A DNA stretch of 36,485 nt from Clostridia bacterium (lineage in GTDB: Bacteria; Bacillota; Clostridia; Oscillospirales; Acutalibacteraceae). The first letter of the stretch is position 1, and each line of letters opens with the position of its first letter. Position numbers and translations under genes: made by a program. Shown here piece by piece: positions 19,176 through 28,757 of this stretch. Location: NCBI GenBank assembly GCA_017480265.1, contig JAFVAZ010000078.1, forward strand, positions 1 to 36,485. The letters are read 5' to 3'. Below the pieces are notes generated by a model. That model did no database searches and was not told where the DNA came from. It worked only from the letters and a program-made list of their open reading frames with translations.

Positions 19176-19377
19176 AGCAGACGTTTATGTTTTTAGATGA
19201 AAACTAGGTTAGATCCAAATCGTTATTAAATTTTAAGCTTTATTTTTGGTACGATGATGTACCAAAGTCAAAATGCTTAGTTATATACAATTTATTAAGA
19301 AATAAAATAAATGTGATATAATTATTAAATAGGCATAGTGCAAAATTTTGAGTAAGCAAAAATAGAGGAGCGAAAAA

Positions 19378-20418
19378 ATGGCTACCAAGTGGATAATTTT
19401 AGCTGTAATAATATCATTTGCAGTGACGTCTCTTTTAGGGAAAAAGCTGATCCCGTACCTTCATAAATTAAAATTTGGGCAAATTATCTTAGAGATAGGC
19501 CCTGCATGGCACAAAAATAAGCAAGGCACTCCTACCATGGGCGGCATAATGTTTATCATAGGGATATTTGCAGCAGTTGTAGTGTGTTTACCTTTGTATT
19601 ACCATGAAACAAAGTTGATTTTTATGGACTATATAGAAACGCCGACAGTAATATTAAAGTTGATAGCGGGGTTAGTTATGGCTTTGAGTTTTGGCGGGAT
19701 AGGATTTTTAGACGACTATATAAAGGTTGTAAAAAAGCAGAACCTGGGCCTGAACGCAAAGCAGAAGCTTTTATTGCAGTTTGCGGTAGCCATCAGCTAC
19801 CTGATGGTCGTATATGTCTCAGAAAGTTCCTATGGAGCAAGCTATATTGGCAGTATGGTTATTCCTTTTTTTGGCAGAGTTTTGCTCCCTGGTGTTATAT
19901 ATTGGCCGTGCAGTGCAATACTGATAGTAGGCATGGTGAATGCCGTGAATTTGACAGATGGGATAGATGGGCTGGATACTTCTTTAACATTTTTTTATGG
20001 AGCTTTTGCCTTAATAATATCCGGGATATTAGATTATGCAGGATTGGGTATAGTATCAGGGGCTTTGATGGGAGGCTGCTTAGGTTTTTTATTGTGGAAT
20101 AGGTACCCCGCGATGATTTTTATGGGTGATACCGGTTCGCTATTTTTAGGAGGAATCATTTGTGCCATTGCATATACTCTAGATATGCCGATACTGATAA
20201 TTACAATGGGTTTAGTATATATATTAGAGATGTTTTCGGTCATCCTGCAGGTGATGTACTTCAAATTAACTGGTGGCAAAAGGTTATTTAAGATGAGCCC
20301 CTTGCACCATCACTTTGAGATGTGCTCTTGGAGCGAGACTAAGATTTGCATATCTTTTTGTTTAGTTATGATAATTTGTGGCGTAATCTCTGTGTGGAGC
20401 ATTTTATCAGGTTTATAA
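19378..20418 (+). CDS. mraY: phospho-N-acetylmuramoyl-pentapeptide transferase
   Basis: NAVNLTDGIDGL and MGDTGSLFLGG motifs in a polytopic membrane protein. Confidence 0.95.
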   Translation: MATKWIILAVIISFAVTSLLGKKLIPYLHKLKFGQIILEIGPAWHKNKQGTPTMGGIMFIIGIFAAVVVCLPLYYHETKLIFMDYIETPTVILKLIAGLVMALSFGGIGFLDDYIKVVKKQNLGLNAKQKLLLQFAVAISYLMVVYVSESSYGASYIGSMVIPFFGRVLLPGVIYWPCSAILIVGMVNAVNLTDGIDGLDTSLTFFYGAFALIISGILDYAGLGIVSGALMGGCLGFLLWNRYPAMIFMGDTGSLFLGGIICAIAYTLDMPILIITMGLVYILEMFSVILQVMYFKLTGGKRLFKMSPLHHHFEMCSWSETKICISFCLVMIICGVISVWSILSGL

Positions 20419-20448
20419 AGTAAAATAGCAGAAAAAAGGAGGTAACCT

Positions 20449-21708
20449 TTGCATATGGGGAATATCAGAAGAAAACATTCCAAAGCTATAAGAGCAAATC
20501 ATAAAAATGCAGAGTTTAGTGCATTTGAGTCTGACCTAGGGGCACTAAACCCTATCGCAAAAAAAAGGAAGCTGGTACAAAATAAGCTGAAGATCTTCTC
20601 TGTAAGGTCTGGTCTAGATCTTCCTTTATTTTTCATCACACTTATCTTATTGATAATAGGTTTAGTGATGTTATTTTCGGCGTCTGCGCCTAATGCATAT
20701 TATTTTAAAAACGGAGATAGTTATTATTTCATAAAGAGTCAGCTGATATGGGCGGTGATAGGCGTGATATCTATGGTAGCTGTCTCGTATGTAGATTATC
20801 GTCACTTGAGGAGATGGGCAGTACCGATTCTTTTGCTTTCTTTTTTACTGCTCATTTTGGTGCTTTTTATGCCAGTGAGGAATGGAGTACACCGGTGGAT
20901 ACAACTGGGGCCACTGGGTTTTCAGCCGTCAGAAGTAACAAAGTTTGCCATAGTTTTGTCGTTTGCACATTTTATCGCGTTAAATTTCCAGCGGATGGGG
21001 ACTTTTAAATATGGCGTATTGCCCTATGCTATAATTTTAGGCATGACAGGATTTTTATTATACTTAGAGCCTCATATCTCATGCTTGATAATCGTTGTAT
21101 TGTTAGCAGGTGGGATGCTATATATAGGAGGCATCAAATTGCGCTGGTTTGGGTTAGTTTTGGCAGCAGCCTTAGCCGCAGTTGCGTATTTGGTTTTGTT
21201 TACAGATAAGCTAACATACGCCAACGGCAGAGTGCAAGGTTGGTTAGATCCATTCTCTCCAAACTCCGGCGTAGACACTTGGCAGACTCGGCAAGGGTTA
21301 TATGCAATCGGCTCAGGAGGACTGTTTGGCTTAGGTTTGGGGCAATCTCGGCAAAAGCATTTGTTTATACCGGAGCCATACAACGACTTTATTTTTTCTG
21401 TAGTTTGTGAGGAGTTGGGTTTTATTCGGTCTGCTATTATTTTAGTTTTATTCGCGATGCTTGTCTGGCGCGGAATTGTGATCTCTATGCGTGCAAAGGA
21501 TAGGTTCGGATCATTGCTAGGCACAGGATTAATTGCGCAGATAGGCATTCAAGTGGTTTTAAATATCTTTGTTGTCACTAATACAATGCCAAATACTGGC
21601 ATTAGTTTACCGTTCTTTAGTTACGGAGGCACATCACTTGTTATGCTCCTTACTCAGATCGGAATAGTTTTGTCTATATCCAGAACCTCCAAAATAGAGA
21701 AAACTTGA
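20449..21708 (+). CDS. ftsW: SEDS family peptidoglycan glycosyltransferase FtsW/SpoVE
   Basis: PSEVTKFAIVL and NTGISLPFFSYGGTS motifs. Start is TTG 20449 or ATG 20455, after AGGAGGT. Confidence 0.9.
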   Translation: MHMGNIRRKHSKAIRANHKNAEFSAFESDLGALNPIAKKRKLVQNKLKIFSVRSGLDLPLFFITLILLIIGLVMLFSASAPNAYYFKNGDSYYFIKSQLIWAVIGVISMVAVSYVDYRHLRRWAVPILLLSFLLLILVLFMPVRNGVHRWIQLGPLGFQPSEVTKFAIVLSFAHFIALNFQRMGTFKYGVLPYAIILGMTGFLLYLEPHISCLIIVVLLAGGMLYIGGIKLRWFGLVLAAALAAVAYLVLFTDKLTYANGRVQGWLDPFSPNSGVDTWQTRQGLYAIGSGGLFGLGLGQSRQKHLFIPEPYNDFIFSVVCEELGFIRSAIILVLFAMLVWRGIVISMRAKDRFGSLLGTGLIAQIGIQVVLNIFVVTNTMPNTGISLPFFSYGGTSLVMLLTQIGIVLSISRTSKIEKT

Positions 21709-21749
21709 TTTAAAATAAACCAAAGCTTAATAAAGGAGGAGGCCTTACA

Positions 21750-22862
21750 TTGAAGGTAGTATTTGCAGGAGGCGGCACGGCAGGGCACATCAACCCGGCG
21801 ATAGCCATAGCGAACTATATAAAAACAAAGGAACCCAATGCAGACATAATTTATATAGGAGCAAAAGGAGGTATGGAAGAATACCTCGTAGAAAAAGCGG
21901 GGTATAAATTTATAGGGATAAAGGTAACGGGTTTTAGCAGGAAGCTAAATTTACAGGGATTTGGCAAGAATATGTCTACGATTAAAAATTTTGTAGAGTC
22001 CTGTATAGAAGCAAGGGGTATCTTAAAGAAATTTAACCCTGATATATGCCTAGGTACCGGAGGCTACGTAAGCGGGCCTGTATTGTGGCAGGCATCAAGG
22101 TTAAAGATAAGGACTTTAATCCACGAACAGAATGCCTACCCCGGGATAACAACAAAGTGGTTATCTAAAAAAGCTTCTGCGGTCATGTTAGCCTCCAGAG
22201 CGTCCCAAAAATACTTTAACCCAAACAAATGCAATCTGGTGATAACAGGTAACCCAATAAGAGAAGAAATCCTAAAGGCAGATAAAGTAAAAGCTAAAGA
22301 AAAATTAAATCTTGATAAAAGACCTGTTATATTATCCTTTGGTGGGAGCCTTGGCGCCAGGAAGATAAACGAAGCTATAGCGGATTTAGTAGAAAATATA
22401 GCTAAAGACGATAGATATCAAGTGATCCATGCTTTTGGACAATATGGCAAGTGGCTTATTTCAAATATCGAAGAAAGAGGGGTTTGCTTAAAAGATCATA
22501 AAAATTTAGATATTAGAGAATACATATTTAATATGTCCGAATGTTTAGCAGCAGCAGACTTAGTTATCTGTAGAGCAGGTGCCATCAGTTTAAGCGAGAT
22601 AGAAGCTTTAGGCAAAGCGTCTATCTTGATACCATCTCCAAATGTTGCAGAAAACCATCAATATCATAACGCGATGGAGTTAGTCAACAATGGCGCCGCG
22701 GAGATCTTGGAAGAAAAAGATCTGACAGGAGAAAGATTGATAAGAAAAGTTGATGAGTTGATTAAAGATAAAGAAAAATTAAGTAAACTTGAGAAAAATG
22801 CAAAAAAAATGGCGATAATTAACGCAAATGAAATGATATATAGATTGATAAAAGAGCCTTAA
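21750..22862 (+). CDS. murG: UDP-N-acetylglucosamine--N-acetylmuramyl-(pentapeptide) pyrophosphoryl-undecaprenol GlcNAc transferase
   Basis: VVFAGGGTAGHINPAIA N-terminus. TTG start after AAAGGAGGAGG. Confidence 0.92.
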   Translation: MKVVFAGGGTAGHINPAIAIANYIKTKEPNADIIYIGAKGGMEEYLVEKAGYKFIGIKVTGFSRKLNLQGFGKNMSTIKNFVESCIEARGILKKFNPDICLGTGGYVSGPVLWQASRLKIRTLIHEQNAYPGITTKWLSKKASAVMLASRASQKYFNPNKCNLVITGNPIREEILKADKVKAKEKLNLDKRPVILSFGGSLGARKINEAIADLVENIAKDDRYQVIHAFGQYGKWLISNIEERGVCLKDHKNLDIREYIFNMSECLAAADLVICRAGAISLSEIEALGKASILIPSPNVAENHQYHNAMELVNNGAAEILEEKDLTGERLIRKVDELIKDKEKLSKLEKNAKKMAIINANEMIYRLIKEP

Positions 22863-22876
22863 ATAAGCTCTTTTTT
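22851..22876 (+). terminator. weak hairpin plus T-run at the murG stop
   Basis: AAAGAGC-cttaaataa-GCTCTTT followed by TTT; the stop codon sits in the loop and the stem is AT-rich. Confidence 0.35.
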
Positions 22877-22990
22877 GAGGTAGAAAATATCAATTTGTAA
22901 GTCCTATATTTAAATCACCAGCATCTTTGAAATAGCATAGTTTGTATAAAAGTACGCTTAGAATTTTTCAAAGATGAAAGGTGGTTTATT

Positions 22991-24250
22991 TTGGTGCCAC
23001 ATTTTTTAATAGAGGGCAATAGGAGATTAAAGGGAGAAGTTTGTGTGCAAGGGGCTAAGAATAGTATATTGTCTATATTAGCTGCTACGGTTTTGTGTTC
23101 GGGCCAATGTATAATACATAATTGCCCTGATATTTTAGATGTAGATTTTTCTATAGAAATTTTAAAGTACCTAGGTGGCTTCGTATATAGAGAAGGCAAG
23201 AGCATAATAGTAAATATGGAAAATATAAAAAGGTACGATATCCCTGACCGATTGATGAAAGAAATGCGCTCGTCAATTATCTTTTTAGGGGCAATAATTT
23301 CAAGATTAAAAAAAGCTCAAGTAAGCTTACCGGGAGGATGTCAGCTGGGCCCCAGACCCATAGACTTTCACTTAGAAGCTTTAAAGAACATGGGAGTACA
23401 GATACATGAAGATGGAGTGCGGCTCTTTTGCATTGTAAAGGAAAAATTGCAAGGAACAAAAATAGTACTACCGTTCCCCAGCGTAGGTGCTACAGAAAAT
23501 ATAATTTTAGCGGCAACCTTAGCTTCCGGCGAAACGATCTTGGAAAATGCAGCAAGAGAGCCTGAAATAGAAGATTTAATAAGATTTTTGAATTTATGTG
23601 GAGCAAAAATAAAGGGCGCAGGGACCAGTAAAATAGCAATTAAAGGCGTACCTAAGCTTACAGGGGCAGAATACAAAATAATACCTGATAGAATAGCAGC
23701 AGCCACATATATGGCAGCTGGCGCTATAACAGGCGGAGAAGTTTTAGTGAGAAATATTTCCCGGATCCATTTAAACGAAATAGTAAAAGTGCTAAAAATG
23801 TGTAAATGTGGTATAATCATGAGTGGAGAAAATCTTTTGATAAAAGCGCCGGAAAGATTAACGCCCATAAAAAAATTGAAAACAGCGGTATATCCGGGCT
23901 TCCCTACAGATATGCAGGCTTTGATTTTATCTATGATGACAGTAGCGAAGGGAAAAAGCAGCTTTGAAGAAAATGTATTCTCAGACAGATACAAATATAC
24001 TAAAGAACTCTTAAAGATGGGTGCCCAAATATATGTAAATGGAAAAAATGCTATAGTAGAAGGTGTAGAGCAGCTGCATGCAGCTGATATGGCAGCTACT
24101 GATTTAAGAGGAGGAGCAGCGTTGGTTTTAGCAGGACTTAAGGCTCAGGGGATTTCTTCTATAAGAAGACTCAGACATATAGATAGAGGTTATGAAAAGT
24201 TAGAAGAAAATTTGAGTGGCTTAGGTGCAAAAATAAAAAGGATTAGTTAA
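22991..24250 (+). CDS. murA: UDP-N-acetylglucosamine 1-carboxyvinyltransferase
   Basis: VQGAKNSILSILAA and the active-site loop LPGGCQLGPRPID. GTG start. Confidence 0.92.
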   Translation: MVPHFLIEGNRRLKGEVCVQGAKNSILSILAATVLCSGQCIIHNCPDILDVDFSIEILKYLGGFVYREGKSIIVNMENIKRYDIPDRLMKEMRSSIIFLGAIISRLKKAQVSLPGGCQLGPRPIDFHLEALKNMGVQIHEDGVRLFCIVKEKLQGTKIVLPFPSVGATENIILAATLASGETILENAAREPEIEDLIRFLNLCGAKIKGAGTSKIAIKGVPKLTGAEYKIIPDRIAAATYMAAGAITGGEVLVRNISRIHLNEIVKVLKMCKCGIIMSGENLLIKAPERLTPIKKLKTAVYPGFPTDMQALILSMMTVAKGKSSFEENVFSDRYKYTKELLKMGAQIYVNGKNAIVEGVEQLHAADMAATDLRGGAALVLAGLKAQGISSIRRLRHIDRGYEKLEENLSGLGAKIKRIS

Positions 24251-24288
24251 TTATGAGCTTTTGTTTTTATTATAAATTTTGACCGTGA

Positions 24289-24510
24289 GTGAACATAGGC
24301 TTTACGGTTAAATACATAAAAGGAAGTGCAGATTTGCAGAGCGAAAAATATAGAGTAAAAGATTTAAAAGAAAGTCACATTAAACATTCAACTAAAAAAG
24401 GGAGAACTGGTTTGGTTAAATATAGGGTAAAGCTTACGCTGAAGGTTTTGGCTTTCTTTTTGATTATATCTGTGGTAGGTACGGCTATATCAATTGCGAT
24501 TTTTTTTTAA
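24289..24510 (+). CDS. ftsQ: FtsQ/DivIB N-terminal fragment (cytoplasmic tail plus TM helix), upstream frame of a split gene
   Basis: Basic tail, then LKVLAFFLIISVVGTAISIAIFF, then a stop inside a T9 run (24500-24508). The start is GTG with a weak RBS. Confidence 0.55.
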   Translation: MNIGFTVKYIKGSADLQSEKYRVKDLKESHIKHSTKKGRTGLVKYRVKLTLKVLAFFLIISVVGTAISIAIFF

Positions 24511-25162
24511 GGTAGAAGATATAGAAGTACGGGGAGAATCGAGGTACACCGGTGAGCAGATTATAGATAGCAGCAAAGTAAAAAAAGGGCAAAATTTAGT
24601 ATTATTGAACTTAGAAGAAGTAAAAGAAAAAATAGAAAAAGAATTGCCGTTTATAAAAGTAAACGATATAAAAAAATATATCCCTAATAAATTGATCATA
24701 AAAATATCGGAAGCGGAGAAATATGCTTGCATCGAGCAGGATGGCATCTATGTTTTATTTAATAAAGATAAAAGAATAATGCAGATAGATGAAGAAATGG
24801 ATAAGGATTTATTAAAGATAAAGGGAGTGAATGTTTTGGAGCCTAAGGTAGGGGAGATGCTGAATTTTCAAGTGGAAGATAGGGGCAAAAGTTTATATAA
24901 AATTTTAGATTTATTATTGGATAACAACTTAAAGGAAATGTCAGAGATAGATTTATCTCTTGAAACAGATATAAGGCTCAATTTCCAAAGTAGGGTGGAT
25001 ATTTTGCTTGGAAATTTAACGGAATTGGAGTATAAAATACGTACAGCGTCAGAGATCATAAATAATAGGTTAAGAAAAGATGAAAAAGGCGAGCTTGATG
25101 TATCTATGCTAGATAAAGGAAATTCATCTTACTTTAGACCGAAAGGGACAGTAAAATCTTAA
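24494..25162 (+). CDS. ftsQ: FtsQ/DivIB POTRA plus beta domain, downstream frame of a split gene
   Basis: FKVEDIEVRGESRYTGEQIIDSSKVKKGQNLVLLNLEEVKEKIEKELPFIK is a POTRA-type sequence. It lacks its own TM helix and joins the upstream fragment if the T9 run were T8. Confidence 0.8.
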   Translation: MRFFFKVEDIEVRGESRYTGEQIIDSSKVKKGQNLVLLNLEEVKEKIEKELPFIKVNDIKKYIPNKLIIKISEAEKYACIEQDGIYVLFNKDKRIMQIDEEMDKDLLKIKGVNVLEPKVGEMLNFQVEDRGKSLYKILDLLLDNNLKEMSEIDLSLETDIRLNFQSRVDILLGNLTELEYKIRTASEIINNRLRKDEKGELDVSMLDKGNSSYFRPKGTVKS

Positions 25163-25329
25163 AAATGGCATTATTTATGAAAAATCAAGAATCTATGTAA
25201 AACATATGATTTTTTCCTTATATAAACTATTGAAAATTTTTTTAAAAGATGATAAATTATAAATAGAGCTATAATGTTAAAGGAAAATTAAAATTTATTC
25301 TATGGTTTACGCAAAAGGAGGGCCATTTT

Positions 25330-26508
25330 ATGGCATTTGAGTTAGAAAATAATTTTGATAATATAGTACAGATTAAAGTTATAGGAGTAGGCGGAGGCGG
25401 AGGCAACGCCTTAGATAGAATGGTAGATTCAGGGGTAAAGTGCGTTGATTTTGTATCTGTGAATACAGATAAACAAGCTTTGCAAAGATCAAAAGCAACG
25501 CATAAGATACAGATAGGAGAGAAGATAACTCAAGGCAAAGGTGCGGGCTCGCACCCGGAAATAGGGCAGAAAGCCGCCGAGGAAAATCGTGACGAGATCG
25601 CACAAGTGATAAAAGGGACTGATATGGTCTTTATCACAGCGGGGATGGGAGGAGGTACCGGCACCGGAGCCGCTCCTATAGTAGCCAAGATAGCCCGCGA
25701 GATGGGTATTTTAACGATCGGTATAGTCACCAAGCCGTTTGCTTTTGAAGGTAAACGCAGAATGGAACAAGCTGAAAAAGGCATCTTAGCACTTAGGGAA
25801 CACGTAGATTCTTTAGTAATTATTCCAAATGAAAGGTTAAAATATGCAAGTGATCAGAAGATCACTTTACTGAATGCTTTTGCAGTAGCGGATGATGTTT
25901 TAAGGCAAGGGGTGCAGAGCATATCTGACTTGATCTTGCTGCCGGGACTTGTAAATCTTGATTTTGCTGATGTCACAGCTGTGATGAAAGATGCCGGATT
26001 TGCCCACATGGGGGTCGGCAGAGCATCTGGACAAGAGAAGGCTGAAGCTGCGGCAAGTATGGCAATCTCCAGCCCTTTGCTAGAGACGGCTATCAATGGA
26101 GCCAAAGGCGTAATTATAAATATTACATCTTCTCCGGATATTGGGCTTGATGAGATAGAAGTAGCTTCTTCTATGATTGCAGAACAAGCAGATAAAGAAG
26201 CCAACATTATTTGGGGAGCTGCGTTTGATGAATCTATGGAAGATGAAATTAGTGTAACGGTGATAGCTACAGGATTTGAGAATGAATCAGGGGATAATGA
26301 GGCAGGTAGCTGGTCTAGCAAATTTATGACGGGGAAGGTCGAACCCGTTCCTATCGGTTCAAGTAGTAGTTCAGGCGAAAAAAAAGAGTATAAAGACGCA
26401 CAGTTGCGATTCTCGCGAGCAGGACAAGTTTCTGCAGACGTTGTGGATAACCCGGATGAAGAGGACACGTTTTTCGATATTATGTCGATTTTTAATAAAA
26501 AGCAATAA
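25330..26508 (+). CDS. ftsZ: cell division protein FtsZ
   Basis: [10 protein letters not shown] and [12 protein letters not shown] tubulin signature motifs, with a long acidic linker. RBS AAAGGAGGG. Confidence 0.97.
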   Translation: MAFELENNFDNIVQIKVIGVGGGGGNALDRMVDSGVKCVDFVSVNTDKQALQRSKATHKIQIGEKITQGKGAGSHPEIGQKAAEENRDEIAQVIKGTDMVFITAGMGGGTGTGAAPIVAKIAREMGILTIGIVTKPFAFEGKRRMEQAEKGILALREHVDSLVIIPNERLKYASDQKITLLNAFAVADDVLRQGVQSISDLILLPGLVNLDFADVTAVMKDAGFAHMGVGRASGQEKAEAAASMAISSPLLETAINGAKGVIINITSSPDIGLDEIEVASSMIAEQADKEANIIWGAAFDESMEDEISVTVIATGFENESGDNEAGSWSSKFMTGKVEPVPIGSSSSSGEKKEYKDAQLRFSRAGQVSADVVDNPDEEDTFFDIMSIFNKKQ

Positions 26509-26525
26509 TTAAAAAATATACGTAA

Positions 26526-26559
26526 AGCCAAGCCATGCAGGTATCTGCATGGCTTGGCT
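26526..26559. terminator. perfect 15-bp stem, 4-nt loop hairpin between convergent ftsZ and the OppA-like gene
   Basis: AGCCAAGCCATGCAG-gtat-CTGCATGGCTTGGCT. There is no T-run directly adjacent on either strand, so terminator function is inferred from position. Confidence 0.55.
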
Positions 26560-26674
26560 GCAGTGTAGAGGGATACCTTTTTTATATTTACAGAATATGC
26601 TAGACTAGCTATACTATTGGATTACATATTTTTGCTATGAAGCGGCTGATCTAGCTATTGTGAAAAATTAGAGA

Positions 26675-28273
26675 TTAAGCTTTTTTCACGTGAGTAAAAT
26701 CTATGCCCGCTTTATATTTATGAACTATAATACCTTTGAGATTAGGATTGATAGCAAAGAATTGTTTCTGTTTGAACATAGGATAAAGCACAGCTTGAGA
26801 GAGGAGCAATTTTTCAGCATCTATAAGCAACTTGGTGGAATCTTTAGGATTAGCGCTCTTGGCATTATCTAAGAGCTTATCGTAAGAAGGATTTTTATAT
26901 TTGGGCAAATTTGATTTATTATCTGACTTAAACATGCTAAGAAAATCCACAGCAGAGTTTGTATCTATCACTATAGGAATCAAAGCGACTTGATAGTTGG
27001 AATTATTGATAGACGCTAAAAGTTCGCGGTAAGATTTAGGGTTCATATTGAAATTTGTATTTAATTTTTCGTTTAAATTTTCTAGCATATTACTTATAAT
27101 AGTCCTGGTTTCGCTGGTATCCAGGCAAGTGATAGTTATATTGGGGAGAGTTTTTAAGTTTAACTCTGCTAACCCGTTTTTTAAATAATCATCAGGATTA
27201 GAATTTTCGTTGAAAAATAGGCGGCTATCGGAGAAATTTTGAAATTGAGAACTTTCTGTAAAAACTTCTACCGGCATGAATTTATCGGCAATGCTAGATT
27301 CCGGCGGCAAAGTATTTAATATAAATTCTCGATTTAAGGAAGACAATATAGCTTTTCGCATATTTAGGTTAGCAAAGATCTCATTTGAGCAATTGAATGC
27401 AATACACCAAATTATATCGGCAAATGGTAAAATAGTTAAATTTTTCTCTCTGGCTTTTTCCACCTCATCCAGATTAAGAAGACCAGCATCTAAAGTTTCG
27501 TTTTTTATAGAGTCAACCAAGTTATCAAAATTTTGTCCAATTGTAAAGTTTATATTCTCTACGCAAGTTTCATTAGGCCCTTGATAGGCATCATTTTTAA
27601 CTAAAGTAAGATTTTTAAAATGTTCCCAGCCGTATTTATGCTTTATTTTAAAAGGTCCATTGCACAATATAGCAGTATGAGATAATCCGTATTGACCAGC
27701 GCAAGAATAAAAAAATTCTTCATTGCATGGCATTGCAGCAGGGGTAGCCAAGAGTTTTGGGAAATCTTCGTTTGGATCTTCCAGAGAAAATTTAATAATA
27801 TAATCGTCAACGATCTCAATGCCTAAAGAGTTAGATGTTTTGCTGTTTAGGGCAAAATTTTTTGCGTTTTTTATACAATGAAATTTATATGAAAGCGGAC
27901 AATTTGCATTTTTATCTAGCGCTCTTTTTATCCCAAAGGCGAAGTCCTTTGAGGTTAAGGGGGCCTTTTCTTTATTCGCCCAAGTTAAGTTTTTTCTGAT
28001 ATAAAAAGTAAACACCGTGAAATTATCGTTGTTTTCCCATTTTTCAGCTGCAGCAGGAGTTGGATTTTCATCTTCATCTAGTCTTGTAAGTCCTTCAAAG
28101 ATATTCAAAATAACAGTATTGGCAGATACGTCGGTTGCAGCTTGAGGATCCAAGGTTTTTGGTTCAGTGTCAAGGTTATATTTTATTGCGTGAATATTGT
28201 TTTTGTTTGATTTACATCCACTGAGAGGGAAAGATAAAATAGCAATCAATATAATAGAGAGCATTTTTTTCAT
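26675..28273 (-). CDS. family-5 (OppA/DppA-like) peptide-binding lipoprotein, orphan
   Basis: Lipoprotein signal MKKMLSIILIAILSFPLSGC. ATG 28273 follows AAAGGAGAA. About 530 aa, the typical SBP size. No permease or ATPase gene is adjacent. Confidence 0.82.
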   Translation of the reverse strand: MKKMLSIILIAILSFPLSGCKSNKNNIHAIKYNLDTEPKTLDPQAATDVSANTVILNIFEGLTRLDEDENPTPAAAEKWENNDNFTVFTFYIRKNLTWANKEKAPLTSKDFAFGIKRALDKNANCPLSYKFHCIKNAKNFALNSKTSNSLGIEIVDDYIIKFSLEDPNEDFPKLLATPAAMPCNEEFFYSCAGQYGLSHTAILCNGPFKIKHKYGWEHFKNLTLVKNDAYQGPNETCVENINFTIGQNFDNLVDSIKNETLDAGLLNLDEVEKAREKNLTILPFADIIWCIAFNCSNEIFANLNMRKAILSSLNREFILNTLPPESSIADKFMPVEVFTESSQFQNFSDSRLFFNENSNPDDYLKNGLAELNLKTLPNITITCLDTSETRTIISNMLENLNEKLNTNFNMNPKSYRELLASINNSNYQVALIPIVIDTNSAVDFLSMFKSDNKSNLPKYKNPSYDKLLDNAKSANPKDSTKLLIDAEKLLLSQAVLYPMFKQKQFFAINPNLKGIIVHKYKAGIDFTHVKKA

Positions 28274-28460
28274 TGATATTTTCTCCTTTAGATGGTTACA
28301 TCTATATTTTATCACAGTTCTATTATTTGTACATATCCTTCAGGATAAAAACTCAGTGAATAAAAACCCATAAAACAAGAGAACAAATCGGCTGCATTTA
28401 ATGATAGTTTCGAGCAATTGTGCAGAATAATTAGATTTAAAAAATTTTTTAAAAAATATA

Positions 28461-28489
28461 TTGACTTTTTAAAAATAAGATTATATAAT
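28461..28489 (+). promoter_or_regulatory. distal consensus promoter P1 (repeat copy 1)
   Basis: TTGACT, a 17-nt spacer, then TATAAT, preceded by an A/T palindrome TTTAAAAAATTTTTTAAA (UP-element-like). Confidence 0.6.
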
Positions 28490-28728
28490 TATGGTATAGT
28501 GATAAATATAAAAACTTAATCAGAACGTTAAAAGTATTGTGTTTCAATAATTATCAATAAAAAGAGCGAAACTCACTATTGTTAAATAAAGTTTTATATT
28601 TGTTCAGTCAAAAATAAAATCCTAGCGCCCAAAACCCATAAAACAAGAAAACAAATAGGCTGTATTTAATGATAGTTTCGAGTAATTGTACATAATAATA
28701 CATTTAAAACAATTTTTTAAAAAATATA

Positions 28729-28757
28729 TTGACTTTTTGAAAATAAGATTATATAAT
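28729..28757 (+). promoter_or_regulatory. proximal consensus promoter P2 (repeat copy 2)
   Basis: TTGACT, a 17-nt spacer, then TATAAT. It would give a 5' UTR of about 155 nt before the lipoprotein gene. Confidence 0.6.

Noticed and set aside
19245-19266. 8-bp stem hairpin TTTGGTAC-gatgat-GTACCAAA between the PBP gene and mraY, considered as a terminator.
   Set aside because: The T-run precedes rather than follows the stem on the plus strand, so it is not a canonical intrinsic terminator in either orientation. An extended -10 (TGATATAAT ending at 19322) downstream may be an internal mraY promoter, but its -35 is poor.
22915-23205. 96-aa minus-strand ORF across the murG-murA spacer and the murA 5' end.
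   Set aside because: It is antisense to the well-supported murA N-terminus (VQGAKNSILSILAA), with no RBS and no recognisable domain.
23368-23994. Long minus-strand ORF (208 aa) inside murA. Similar antisense ORFs lie at 25854-26531 (ftsZ), 34584-35252 (second ABC gene), 21072-21548 (ftsW), and 17176-17607 and 18728-19105 (PBP gene).
   Set aside because: Each lies fully inside a confidently identified gene on the other strand. They have low-complexity, Ser/Pro/Ile-rich translations with no recognisable motifs and no RBS. This is the typical stop-poor antisense frame of a real gene.
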